From the NCBI GenBank assembly GCA_035995185.1, contig DASYKT010000009.1:28174-92173 (forward strand): 64,000 bases of DNA, written 5' to 3'. Shown here piece by piece: positions 26,390 through 35,609 of this stretch (position 1 is the stretch's first letter; every line of letters begins with the position of its first letter). A program made the translations under genes and the position numbers. Below the pieces are notes generated by a model. The model searched no databases. It saw only the letters and a list, made by a program, of their open reading frames with translations, and was not told where the DNA came from. Source of the stretch: Pyrinomonadaceae bacterium (GTDB lineage: Bacteria > Acidobacteriota > Blastocatellia > Pyrinomonadales > Pyrinomonadaceae).

Positions 26390-26539
26390 AATATGTGGTT
26401 ATTCTGCGGTAAATTTAGGATGTGCAACCTGAAACCTGAGTTTGTGGAAGTTTCGCGGTAACTCACAGGCTTTATTTACAATATGTTTTATACCACATGT
26501 TTTATACCACAAATTAGGCTACACTTACATCAAATCAGT

Positions 26540-27895
26540 ATGACGAGAAAAACGATCCTGGTAGTAGACGATGAAAAGGGCCAGCGCGAGATCCTAGAGG
26601 TGATCTTGTCCGGCGAAGGCTATGATGTGACCACCGCTTCGAGCGGCGAGGCGGCGATGAAATTCGTCCATGACCGGCGCTTTGACCTGGTGCTGACCGA
26701 CCTGAAAATGACCGGCATGAGCGGCATCGACCTGCTCAAGGAACTGGTCGCTTTCGATAAATCGATCATGGTCATTTTGCTGACGGCGCACGGCACGGTC
26801 GATTCCGCTTTCGAAGCCAAAGACCTGGGCGCCTTTGCCTACCTGCAAAAACCTTACGAGCGGGAAAACCTGCTGGAAACCGTCGGCCGCGCGCTCAATA
26901 AACTGTCGCAGCTCGATACCGAGATCGTTTCTTCCTCGCCGGAAATGGACAGGGTCAAAAAGCTTATCTTAAAAGTTGCCAAGTCGAGCTCGACCGTGCT
27001 GATCCGCGGCGAAAGCGGCACGGGTAAAGAATTGATCGCCCGTTCGATACATCAAAACAGCCCGCGCTCCGCCGAAGTTTTCCAGGCCGTGAACTGCGCC
27101 GCCATTAACGAGAACTTGCTGGAATCCGAACTCTTTGGCCATGAAAAAGGTTCGTTTACCGGCGCGCACGCCGATAAAAAAGGCCTCTTTGAAGTGGCCG
27201 ACGGCGGCACCTTGTTTTTAGACGAGATCGGCGAGCTCGATATCAGCCTGCAGGCCAAGATCCTGCGCGCGCTGCAGGAAAAATCCATCCGGCGTGTCGG
27301 CGGCACCAAAGAGATAAAGACGGACGTGCGCGTGGTGGCGGCGACCAACCGCGACCTGCTCAAGATGACCGAGGAAGGCCGCTTTCGCGAAGACCTCTAT
27401 TACCGGCTGAACGTTCTTTCGATCGAGATACCCGCGCTGCGCGAGCGCCGCACGGATATTCCGATGCTCATCGACTTTTTTATCAAAAAGCACACGCGGG
27501 ACACCAAGCGCGAAATAACCATGACGGCCGAAGCCGAGCGCCTGTTCAACGAATACGCTTTCCCGGGAAATGTGCGGCAGCTTGAGTCGGCCGTCGAGCG
27601 CGCCATCCTGCTCAGCGAAGATAACACCATCACCGTTGACGACCTGCCGCCGGAAATGATGCAGGGCGGTGTCAGAGCGGCCTCAGGCGACAGCCAGTTC
27701 AAGCTTCCCGCCGAAGGGATAAATTTTGAGGACGTAGAACGCGGCCTGATCATGCAGGCCATGGAACGCACCGACAATAACATCACCAAGGCCGCCAAAC
27801 TGCTCGGGCTGACCTTTCGCACGCTGCAATACCGGCTGGAAAAATTCGGTATCAAACGCGACGAAGGCGGAACCGAAGAAGGTGAAGAGACTTAA
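26540..27895 (+). CDS. sigma-54-dependent response regulator (NtrC/AtoC family)
   Basis: The start is moved to MTRKTILVVDDE. It has a REC domain, an AAA+ domain (GESGTGKELIARSIH, ESELFGHEKGSFTGA) and a C-terminal Fis-type HTH (NITKAAKLLGLTFRTLQYRL). Confidence 0.9.
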   Translation: MTRKTILVVDDEKGQREILEVILSGEGYDVTTASSGEAAMKFVHDRRFDLVLTDLKMTGMSGIDLLKELVAFDKSIMVILLTAHGTVDSAFEAKDLGAFAYLQKPYERENLLETVGRALNKLSQLDTEIVSSSPEMDRVKKLILKVAKSSSTVLIRGESGTGKELIARSIHQNSPRSAEVFQAVNCAAINENLLESELFGHEKGSFTGAHADKKGLFEVADGGTLFLDEIGELDISLQAKILRALQEKSIRRVGGTKEIKTDVRVVAATNRDLLKMTEEGRFREDLYYRLNVLSIEIPALRERRTDIPMLIDFFIKKHTRDTKREITMTAEAERLFNEYAFPGNVRQLESAVERAILLSEDNTITVDDLPPEMMQGGVRAASGDSQFKLPAEGINFEDVERGLIMQAMERTDNNITKAAKLLGLTFRTLQYRLEKFGIKRDEGGTEEGEET

Positions 27896-27960
27896 ATATT
27901 AGCTGTGCTTGATATGTCAGGCGTTTATCGTTTTAGTTGTTTAATAATTTGATCTGTTTT

Positions 27961-28063
27961 TTTCGTGCTGTTTTCGTGTGATTTCGTGGTTACTTCCTAT
28001 AAAACCCTTTTATTACAAGTTACAAAAACCGGAACCACGAACACACACTAAATAACACGAAAA
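27961..28063. repeat. family B palindromic element (B2)
   Basis: TTTCGTGCTGTTTTCGTGTGATTTCGTGGTTAC ... CGGAACCACGAACACACACTAAATAACACGAAA. Confidence 0.8.
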
Positions 28064-28108
28064 AAGCAGGATCATCAAATATATTGAACAGAGCTTAGAG
28101 GTGTCACT

Positions 28109-28732
28109 ATGGACTGGTTTGCAACTTTATCCCTGGCGCTTGGGGCGGCGTGGACATCCGGTATAAATCTCTACGCCACGGTCACCGTTTTAGGACTGCT
28201 CCAAAAATTCGGCGCGGCGAAACTGCCCGGCGGGCTCGACGTGCTGGACAACTGGTGGATCATCGGCATTGCCGGCGGGCTGTTTCTGATCGAGTTTGTC
28301 GCCGACAAGATCCCTTACGTCGATAGCGTCTGGGACGTCATCCACACCTTCATCCGTATTCCGGCGGGCGCCATTCTGGCTTACGCCGCCAGTTACCAGA
28401 TAGATCCGACGGTCAGTGTTATCGCGCTCTTGCTGGGCGGCGGCCTGGCGCTTTCGTCGCACGGCACCAAAGCGGCCGCCCGCGCCACTGCCAACCTCAG
28501 CCCGGAGCCGGTCTCAAACTGGGCCTTATCCTTCTTTGAAGACGGCGTCGCGATCCTGGGCACGTTTCTGGCGGTCTTTGCGCCGGTAATAATGATCATC
28601 GTCTTGATCCTGTTCGCATTTTTCTTTGCCTGGTTCGCGCCCAAAATACTTCGGGCGATGGGAAGGATGTGGCGGGCCGTCCGCGCTTTTTTTGCCGGAA
28701 AAGGCTTTACAACAGCAGCGGGCGGCAGCTAA
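28109..28732 (+). CDS. DUF4126-like membrane protein
   Basis: 207 aa with multiple TM spans. The motif FVADKIPYVDSVWDVIHTFIRIP matches what I recall of DUF4126. Confidence 0.55.
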   Translation: MDWFATLSLALGAAWTSGINLYATVTVLGLLQKFGAAKLPGGLDVLDNWWIIGIAGGLFLIEFVADKIPYVDSVWDVIHTFIRIPAGAILAYAASYQIDPTVSVIALLLGGGLALSSHGTKAAARATANLSPEPVSNWALSFFEDGVAILGTFLAVFAPVIMIIVLILFAFFFAWFAPKILRAMGRMWRAVRAFFAGKGFTTAAGGS

Positions 28733-28843
28733 GTGGCGGATAGTGCCCGGCAAAAGCGGCCCCGCAATTAAAGTTTCTGCAAGAATTTTCCGGTCCTGCA
28801 TTCTTTCTATGTTATTTAAGTATTGTCATTTTTTTGAGGCCGT

Positions 28844-29815
28844 ATGAATAAACTAAAATTTCTCTTGATCTTTTTGGTATTTTTTGCCGGAGCTTGCGGT
28901 GAAGCGCCGTCTAGTGCAACCGGCACTATTTCAGATTCCCGCAACCAGACCGGCAAAAGTGTTTCAGAAGCAGGCCGGGCATCGGTGCCCGCAACCACAA
29001 CTATTCCATCGGATTCGGCAGCGGCGCAAAATATATCCCTCGATGAAGCCGCCCAAAGCGCGCAGCCTCCGGTGGAGCGCAAGATCATCCGCAATGCCGA
29101 GCTAAGTCTCGAAGCCGCCTCGCCCGATGAAGCGCTGCAAAAAATAACCGCCATCGCCGAAAGCAAAGGCGGATTTGTGGTGGAATCGCAGCAGAGCAAC
29201 AGCACCACGCAGGCCACCATCAGCGACCATGTCACCATGAGTTTGCGCGTGCCGGCCGGTAAATTCAACGAAGCTCTCGACGAGATCCGCAAAGTTTCCG
29301 CCCGCGTGGTGATGGAAAACATCAAAGGACAGGACGTCACCGAAGAATTTATCGACATCGAAGCGCGCGTGAAAACCAAAAAGGCGGTAGAAGCGCAATA
29401 CCTCGAAATAATGAAACAGGGCAAGACGGTCGAAGATGCCCTTAACGTTCAAACCGAGCTGGGGAAAATACGCGGCGAGATCGAGCAGATCGAAGGCAGG
29501 AAGCGTTTTCTTGAAAGCCAGACCAGCCTTTCAACTATCAAATTGAGCCTGCAAACCCCGACCGCGTTTTCCGCCAACTCGTCCGGCTTTTTCTACCAGG
29601 CCAGCCGGTCTTTCAACAATGGTTTTAGTTTTGCGCTAAATTTTATTTTGGGCTTTATCACGATTATTATTGCGATCGCCCCGTTTCTGATCCTGGTGGT
29701 TTTGCCGGTATTCTTGTTGATACGCTATTTTTGGAAAAAGCGGCAAAATCGAAATTTGGCTGTTAAATTAGCGCAGCAGGAAAATCAGAGGGAAAATCAG
29801 GAAGAAAAAAGCTGA
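28844..29815 (+). CDS. DUF4349-like lipoprotein
   Basis: Lipobox FFAGA-C. It has ERKIIRNAELSLEA, a coiled-coil middle and a C-terminal TM segment. Confidence 0.6.
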   Translation: MNKLKFLLIFLVFFAGACGEAPSSATGTISDSRNQTGKSVSEAGRASVPATTTIPSDSAAAQNISLDEAAQSAQPPVERKIIRNAELSLEAASPDEALQKITAIAESKGGFVVESQQSNSTTQATISDHVTMSLRVPAGKFNEALDEIRKVSARVVMENIKGQDVTEEFIDIEARVKTKKAVEAQYLEIMKQGKTVEDALNVQTELGKIRGEIEQIEGRKRFLESQTSLSTIKLSLQTPTAFSANSSGFFYQASRSFNNGFSFALNFILGFITIIIAIAPFLILVVLPVFLLIRYFWKKRQNRNLAVKLAQQENQRENQEEKS

Positions 29816-29819
29816 ATAA

Positions 29820-30038
29820 ATGAAACTTGAGATCGTATTTAAGGTATTGGCGGTTGTTCTGCTCGGAGCAGCTGCCGTCTTATTTTGGTATCACAATACC
29901 GAAATAGCTTTTGCCGCCGGGGTATTAAGCGCCTGCGCCTATTTTCTCGGCATGCGTTTTCAACTAAAAGCCGGTTTGAACCAGAGAGACGCGGAAAGCG
30001 GGCCAAAAGAAAGAGAAGAAGAAGATCCCGGCAAGTGA
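29820..30038 (+). CDS. small two-TM membrane protein
   Basis: 72 aa, tightly packed between flanking genes (4-nt and 1-nt gaps). Confidence 0.5.
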   Translation: MKLEIVFKVLAVVLLGAAAVLFWYHNTEIAFAAGVLSACAYFLGMRFQLKAGLNQRDAESGPKEREEEDPGK

Positions 30039-30039
30039 T

Positions 30040-31308
30040 ATGGCAAGAATCGTTTTGGCAACTTCCGGCTCGCTCGGTGATATCCACCCCATGATCGCCC
30101 TCGGTATTGAATTAAAAAGCCGCGGCCACAATATTGTTTTCGCGACCATGAATCTTTACCGCGAAAAGATCGAAGCCGTCGGTTTTGAGTTTCGGCCTTT
30201 GCGCCCGCACCTGGAACTGGAAGACCGCGAACTCGCGCGCCAGGTGATGGATATCAGAAAAGGGCCGGAAGTGATGATCAGAAATATCGTCTTTCCGCAC
30301 CTTCATGAAATTTACAACGACCTGATGGCCGCGATCGAAGGCGCCGATATTTTTCTTAGCGGCGAAGTTATCTATGTCGCCAATTCGGCGGCGCAAAAAA
30401 GCGGCATCAAATGGATATCCACCTCGCTTTCGCCGATCTCGATGTTTTCCAATTACGACCCCGGCGTCTATCCGGCCGCCGAATGGCTGGAGTACCTGCG
30501 TTTTCTTCCCCCGGCATTTCACGAAGTGCTTTTTAGCTTTATGCGCTGGACCATTTCCGATTGGTTCGAACCGTACAAGGCTTTTCGCCGCGATCTCGGC
30601 CTGAGTGAAGACCATGACCCGGTCTTTCGCGGCAAGGCATCGGATCTGCTTCACCTGGTAATGTTCTCGCGCGTGATGGAAGCGCCGCAGCCCGACTGGT
30701 TTCCGGCCTCCGTCCAGACAGGCTTTTGTTTTTATGACGGCCAAAACGACACCGGAAAAATGCCCGACGGCCTGGAAGAATTTTTCGCCGCCGCCGACAT
30801 AGATGGGCCGCCGATAATTTTCACGCTCGGTTCCGCCGCGGTGATGGATGCCGGCGATTTCTTTGAGGAAAGCATAAAAGCCGCCAAGGCATTGGGACGC
30901 CGTTCGGTTTCGCTCTACGGCCTTTATAATGAACCGCCGGCCGGTTTGGATGATAATAATGCCGGCTTCCAGTACGCGCCCTACAGCCGCGTTTTTTCAA
31001 AAGCAGCCTGCGTAGTGCATCAGGGAGGCATCGGGACGACCTCACAGGTATTGCGCGCCGGTGTGCCGATGCTGGTGATGCCCTACGCCCATGACCAGCC
31101 CGATAATGCCGCGCGCTGCCGCCGGGCAGGAGTCGCCCGGATAATAAGCCGCTCGAGTTATACGGCGGCAAGAGCGGCCGAAGAAATACGCCCTCTTTTG
31201 GCGGAAGCGTCCTACCGGGAAAAAGCGCTCGAAGCAAAGGGCGTGGTAAATTCTGAAAGCGGCACGCGCGCCGCCTGCGATGCGATCGAAAGCGCCTTGA
31301 AAAATTAG
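30040..31308 (+). CDS. GT1-family glycosyltransferase (MGT/UGT-like)
   Basis: N-terminal ATSGSLGDIHPMIALG. The C-terminal donor-binding motif is VHQGGIGTTSQVLRAGVPMLVMPYAHDQPDNA. Confidence 0.8.
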   Translation: MARIVLATSGSLGDIHPMIALGIELKSRGHNIVFATMNLYREKIEAVGFEFRPLRPHLELEDRELARQVMDIRKGPEVMIRNIVFPHLHEIYNDLMAAIEGADIFLSGEVIYVANSAAQKSGIKWISTSLSPISMFSNYDPGVYPAAEWLEYLRFLPPAFHEVLFSFMRWTISDWFEPYKAFRRDLGLSEDHDPVFRGKASDLLHLVMFSRVMEAPQPDWFPASVQTGFCFYDGQNDTGKMPDGLEEFFAAADIDGPPIIFTLGSAAVMDAGDFFEESIKAAKALGRRSVSLYGLYNEPPAGLDDNNAGFQYAPYSRVFSKAACVVHQGGIGTTSQVLRAGVPMLVMPYAHDQPDNAARCRRAGVARIISRSSYTAARAAEEIRPLLAEASYREKALEAKGVVNSESGTRAACDAIESALKN

Positions 31309-31355
31309 CGATAAAAGACGAAAATCTGGACTACTAACTATGCACTGTGAATGGC

Positions 31356-31484
31356 TTTGCCTATAAATGATTTTATTAAGATGATGAACCATACTCATTA
31401 TTAGCCACTAATAACACGAATTAAGATTCTTATTCGTGCTATCTGTGACATTCGTGGCAATTATCAGTAACTTATTAGGCAAAG
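31356..31484. repeat. family A palindromic element, composite copy (A3)
   Basis: The outer repeat is TTTGCCTATAAATG ... AGTAACTTATTAGGCAAAG. The inner hairpin at 31404-31458 reads GCCACTAATAACACGAATTAAGATTCTTATTCGTGCTATCTGTGACATTCGTGGC. Confidence 0.8.
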
Positions 31485-31501
31485 TGTTCTTGAAAATTTA
31501 T

Positions 31502-33460
31502 ATGGACCAAAAAGTGAAACACGCGATCTTTTTTTTAATACTGGTTTTATTTACCTTCTCGTCTGTCGGCGCGCAGATGGCGCGCAAGCCGACGCCGACG
31601 CGCGAACCAAAAGGCGCTATGCCTGCCCGACCCGATTCGAAGGACCGTTCCCTGCCGGCGATCAAGACCCAGGAAGATTTTGATTCCATTGCCCGCACTT
31701 ATCACCAAGGCACCCCTTTTGCATTGCCTCATCTGATGTTTGTCATCGACCGCAAGAACGCGAACAAGATCTATTACGTTAATTCCCAGCGCTACCGTTT
31801 TCATAAAGATTTCCTGCTGGCCAATTACCTGATACCGCGCGGGACCGATATTTTTAAGACCGTGTACGCTACCGATAAAAGGCGCTTTATAGTGGGCACC
31901 ATCGCCTGGCAAAAGCCGGTCGAAAAATATACCTGGGAACTCTGGGAAGGCGATCTCGCCTCACCCATGCTAATCAAACTGACTCACGGCGTTATCAGCA
32001 AAACCTTTTTCCAGCCGGTTTCTTATAAACCCAACTCGATCCGCCAGGAAGACGCCTCGGCAAACCTGAAGATCCCGCGCATGTCGCAGGATGAAATAAC
32101 CAAAAATCAGGAATATCTCGCACTCAACACGGGCACGGCGATCGGGCGCATTCATATCATTGAAAAACTGGACGACACGGTCGAGGTCGGTTCTAACGAG
32201 ATACTGGTGATAAAAGAGCTGCCGCTTTCTCTGCCGCAGGTCAGGGGCGTGATCGTGGCTAAATCGTCCACGCCGTTATCGCATATCAACATTCTCGCGC
32301 GCGGCTGGGGCATTCCGAACGTCTATATCAAGGACGCCGACAAACTCTTTAAGGAATATGACACCCGCTGGGTCAAATTTCAGGCCAACCTGACGGATTA
32401 CAAAACCATTCTGGCCGATAAGCCGATCCTCGATGAAGGCGGCGACGAATCTCCGGTGATACCGCCAGTGAATCTGGAGGTTAAAAAGCTGGCCGGGCTG
32501 CATGAGATGCGGCAAAAAGACAGCATCGCCTTCGGTTCAAAATCCGCCAATCTCGGCGAGATGATCAACAGCACCTTAAGCAGCGCGACCGTGCCTGACG
32601 GGTTCACGATCCCCTTCTACTGGTATGACAAATTTATAAAAGACAATAAATTCGACGAGATCATCGAAGAATTCGAAGACGATAATGATTTTGTTCATAA
32701 CCCGAGCATCCGCCGCAAGCGGCTGGAAGAGTTTCGCGCCAAACTTAGGGCGGGAAAATTCGACGAAACCCTGCGGCAGGAATTGATCTCTAAATGGAAA
32801 ACACAGCTCGGCGGAAAAGTTGTTTTTGTCCGCAGCTCGTCAAATTCCGAAGACCTGCCGAATTTTAGCGGGGCCGGACTTTATTCAAGTGAACCGAATG
32901 TAGTGGACGAAGAGGCCCTGATCAATGCGGTCAGGAAAGTTTGGGCCTCGCTCTGGAATTTTCAGGCCTACGAAGCGCGCGTACGAAATTTTGTCAGCCA
33001 AAAAGACGTCTACATGTCGGCGCTGGTCCAGCTCGGCGTTAACATGGACCGCGGCGGGGTGATGGTCACCAAGGACCCCTTTGACGACGAAAGCAAAAAC
33101 AACGTCTATATCAGCGCGGTCTGCGGCCACAACACAAAGGTCACGGATAATGACGGGATTCCCGAACAGATCCTGTTTAACCCTAAGTCGAATTCGGTGA
33201 TCCTGATGACCCGCTCGCAGCAGAAAGTGGCGTTGACCTTCGATATCAAAAGCGGCGGGCTGCGGGAAACCGCCGACATTTGCGCCAATAAACAAACCAA
33301 ACGGGTCTTGACCAACATTCAGGCCAGAGCGCTGGCAAAAACGGCGATGGATATCAAGCATATTTTTGGCGGCAAGAGAGAGCAGGATATCGAGTGGGGT
33401 ATAATGGCGGGACAAATTTATATCGTGCAGGCGCGCCCTTATATCGAGAAAAAGAATTAG
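31502..33460 (+). CDS. PEP/pyruvate-binding (PPDK_N ATP-grasp) protein with a preceding PEP-utiliser swivel domain and an N-terminal signal/anchor
   Basis: The start is moved to MDQKVKHAIFF because the track start lies inside repeat A3. The swivel His motif is AKSSTPLSHINILARGWGIPNV. The ATP-grasp motifs AFGSKSANLGEM and VRSSSNSEDLPNFSGAGLY come after it. Confidence 0.7.
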   Translation: MDQKVKHAIFFLILVLFTFSSVGAQMARKPTPTREPKGAMPARPDSKDRSLPAIKTQEDFDSIARTYHQGTPFALPHLMFVIDRKNANKIYYVNSQRYRFHKDFLLANYLIPRGTDIFKTVYATDKRRFIVGTIAWQKPVEKYTWELWEGDLASPMLIKLTHGVISKTFFQPVSYKPNSIRQEDASANLKIPRMSQDEITKNQEYLALNTGTAIGRIHIIEKLDDTVEVGSNEILVIKELPLSLPQVRGVIVAKSSTPLSHINILARGWGIPNVYIKDADKLFKEYDTRWVKFQANLTDYKTILADKPILDEGGDESPVIPPVNLEVKKLAGLHEMRQKDSIAFGSKSANLGEMINSTLSSATVPDGFTIPFYWYDKFIKDNKFDEIIEEFEDDNDFVHNPSIRRKRLEEFRAKLRAGKFDETLRQELISKWKTQLGGKVVFVRSSSNSEDLPNFSGAGLYSSEPNVVDEEALINAVRKVWASLWNFQAYEARVRNFVSQKDVYMSALVQLGVNMDRGGVMVTKDPFDDESKNNVYISAVCGHNTKVTDNDGIPEQILFNPKSNSVILMTRSQQKVALTFDIKSGGLRETADICANKQTKRVLTNIQARALAKTAMDIKHIFGGKREQDIEWGIMAGQIYIVQARPYIEKKN

Positions 33461-33465
33461 GTTTT

Positions 33466-33996
33466 ATGAAATATTTTTTGTTTTTAAGTTTATCCGCGAT
33501 ATTTTTAGCTGGCTGTGCCGGTAATACCGCCCGGCTTCAAACGGCGAATCAGCCGGCCGCCCAAAACACCCCCACCGGCAAACGCGATGAGCTTTCCGCC
33601 ATCAGCCATTCGGCCGACAACCGCTTTCAGCCGACGAACATTCCGGTAAATGATAATTCGGGTTCCGGCAGCGGTGTCTCGCCGATGTCGCGGCCGATAG
33701 ATGTCAGCGCGATGAACGCCGATATCCAAAAAGCCGAAAAGAATCATGAAAAGGACCCCAAAGATGCTCAGGCGAAAAAAGACCTGGCGCACGCTTATTT
33801 CGTCCGGGCCTTTGCACTGACCGAGGCCGCGCAGTACCGCGCCGCCCTGGGTGATTTTCGCAAGGGATTAAAACTCGATCCTGACGATGAAGAAGCCAGG
33901 AAAATGCACGACCAGATCATCAGCATTTTCAAAAGCATCGGCCGCGAACCGCCCAAAGAAGGCGAAGAACCTCCCCCGCTGCCGTCCGGTAATTAA
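33466..33996 (+). CDS. lipoprotein with TPR-like helix pair
   Basis: The start is moved to MKYFLFLSLSAIFLAG-C (lipobox). The upstream part of the track ORF overlaps the previous gene. Confidence 0.55.
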   Translation: MKYFLFLSLSAIFLAGCAGNTARLQTANQPAAQNTPTGKRDELSAISHSADNRFQPTNIPVNDNSGSGSGVSPMSRPIDVSAMNADIQKAEKNHEKDPKDAQAKKDLAHAYFVRAFALTEAAQYRAALGDFRKGLKLDPDDEEARKMHDQIISIFKSIGREPPKEGEEPPPLPSGN

Positions 33997-34008
33997 TAAA
34001 AGATGGAC

Positions 34009-34102
34009 GTTTCGTGCATTTCGTGTGATTCGTGGTTACTGCTTTGATGTTAATAATAAAACTTTAGAAAATTTAACCACGAATCACACGAAATGCACGA
34101 AA
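34009..34102. repeat. family B palindromic element (B3), perfect 29-bp arms
   Basis: CGTTTCGTGCATTTCGTGTGATTCGTGGTTA ... TTAACCACGAATCACACGAAATGCACGAAAG. Confidence 0.85.
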
Positions 34103-34165
34103 GTTTGTACGCCATACTTTACATCATCTGATCATAAAGTGATTTGTAGTAAAACCAATAAGATT

Positions 34166-34555
34166 ATGAAAAGGCTTTTTCTATTGACGGTTATATCGGC
34201 GTTATTACTCGTCTCCGCCGCGTTTGCCCAGAAAGCGCAGCGCATAACCTTCAAACGCGGGGCAAAACAGGCGATCGCAAGCGGGACTTTGTATAGCTAT
34301 AAGGGACAGCGGGTTTATGTGATCCGCGTGCGCGCCGGGCAGATATTAAAGACCGAGCAAGTGGGTGAAGGCCACGCGATCACCATTGCCGTTATCGACC
34401 CTCATGGCGAGATCGCCGCCGATTTCGATGCGTCCTGCAACAATCGCAAACAAACGGAAGAAACGATGGCCGGCGACTATAAAATAATCGTCAGCGAATG
34501 CAGCAAGGCTGACGCGTGGCGCGGGACGTTCAGATTTAAAGTGAGAATCGAATAA
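34166..34555 (+). CDS. small secreted hypothetical protein
   Basis: The start is moved to MKRLFLLTVISALLLVSAAFA (signal peptide). The upstream track extension runs through repeat B3. Confidence 0.55.
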   Translation: MKRLFLLTVISALLLVSAAFAQKAQRITFKRGAKQAIASGTLYSYKGQRVYVIRVRAGQILKTEQVGEGHAITIAVIDPHGEIAADFDASCNNRKQTEETMAGDYKIIVSECSKADAWRGTFRFKVRIE

Positions 34556-34564
34556 CGCGGGTGC

Positions 34565-35209
34565 TTATTCACTCTTCGCGGCGGGAAATATCTGCTTAAG
34601 AATGACAGGCTCCAGCGCAAATAAAGCAAAACAGGCGAGCCCCGCGAAATGGTTGAAGATTCCTACCGTAGTGATGATCCCAAACACAATGACCGCGTAC
34701 AAAATTTCGTATTTTGATCGCACCAGAATGTCCCGGCTTTCCGGTGCGTACAATTTGCCCTCCTGTTTTATCACGTAATTAAAAACAAGAAAGTTGGAAA
34801 AAGCACAGGCCAGGTTGTTCAGCATATAAACGACAAACGGCAGCGTGAGCTGGTTGACCCAAAATCGCCCGTAATTCATCGCGATAAAACCAGTGCTGAA
34901 CGGCAGGAAAATAATGCTGAGAAGGATCAGCAAATTCAAGGTGATAAGCTTATTGTCAAAATTTATCAGTTCTCCGAAAAGCTGGTGATGCCGCCGCCAG
35001 TGCATCGAGATCAGAAGAAAGCTGACGACTACCGCTACTAAATGCGGGATAAGTTCGAGAAATTCCCTCAGCGCCTCGCCGCTCGTCACCTCCGGGCCAA
35101 AAACCTTGGGGTGAACTTCAATGATCAGCAAAGTAATGGCGATGGCAAAGACCGCATCGCTAAAGAAAGCTATCCGCTCGATCTGAAACGCTATTTTATT
35201 CTCGGACAT
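34565..35209 (-). CDS. TMEM175-family (DUF1211) potassium channel-like protein
   Basis: RIAFFSDAVFAIAITLLIIE signature. About 6 TM spans, 214 aa. Confidence 0.75.
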   Translation of the reverse strand: MSENKIAFQIERIAFFSDAVFAIAITLLIIEVHPKVFGPEVTSGEALREFLELIPHLVAVVVSFLLISMHWRRHHQLFGELINFDNKLITLNLLILLSIIFLPFSTGFIAMNYGRFWVNQLTLPFVVYMLNNLACAFSNFLVFNYVIKQEGKLYAPESRDILVRSKYEILYAVIVFGIITTVGIFNHFAGLACFALFALEPVILKQIFPAAKSE

Positions 35210-35323
35210 AGGATTTTTTGATTCCCAGCATAATAGGCTAACCGGGCCGGTCTTTACAAGCTGTTTGGATCATAAAAAACAGCCGGCACCAGGCCCATTA
35301 CCTAAATTCTGTTGTTGGCTTGT

Positions 35324-35458
35324 TTAAATTGCCACTAGCTTTAGCTAGTGGTTCACGAATGCCAATTTATCCCCGGCTTTTAGCCGAATCTTATTTGGGC
35401 TAAAGCCCCTTCAGTAATCACTGCTTTGATCCACTAGCTAAAGCTAGCGGCAATTTAT
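35324..35458. repeat. family C nested palindromic element (C1)
   Basis: The outer arms are TTAAATTGCCACTAGCTTTAGCTAGTGG ... CCACTAGCTAAAGCTAGCGGCAATTTA. The inner arms are GGCTTTTAGCC ... GGCTAAAGCC. Confidence 0.8.
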
Positions 35459-35609
35459 AACCAAAAGCTTGGAACTCAACCTTAAGTTCGTCTTTCTAAA
35501 GAAGGCGTGGACTTTGAAACATCGGCTGGACAAAACATCCGGTTAGAAATTAAACTATATGTTTTGCAATATATAAAGAATCTTATTATACGGAGTTAAT
35601 CAAAAGTTT

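Noticed and set aside
26483-26539. Longer N-terminal extensions offered by the ORF track (26483, 31436, 33394, 33887, 40151, 46344, 54259, 21478, 6551).
   Set aside because: The extensions run through repeat elements or the preceding gene, or lack an RBS. Internal starts give canonical N-termini (REC domain, signal peptides, lipoboxes) and often a good Shine-Dalgarno sequence.
25143-26539. Sigma-54 (-24/-12) promoters upstream of the TlpA-like and bacteriocin-like genes, for example cAGGtttcaggTTGCa near 26430 on the minus strand.
   Set aside because: The GG to GC spacing is 9 or 12 nt instead of 10, and the flanking consensus bases are poor. This cannot be supported by eye and needs a position-weight-matrix scan.
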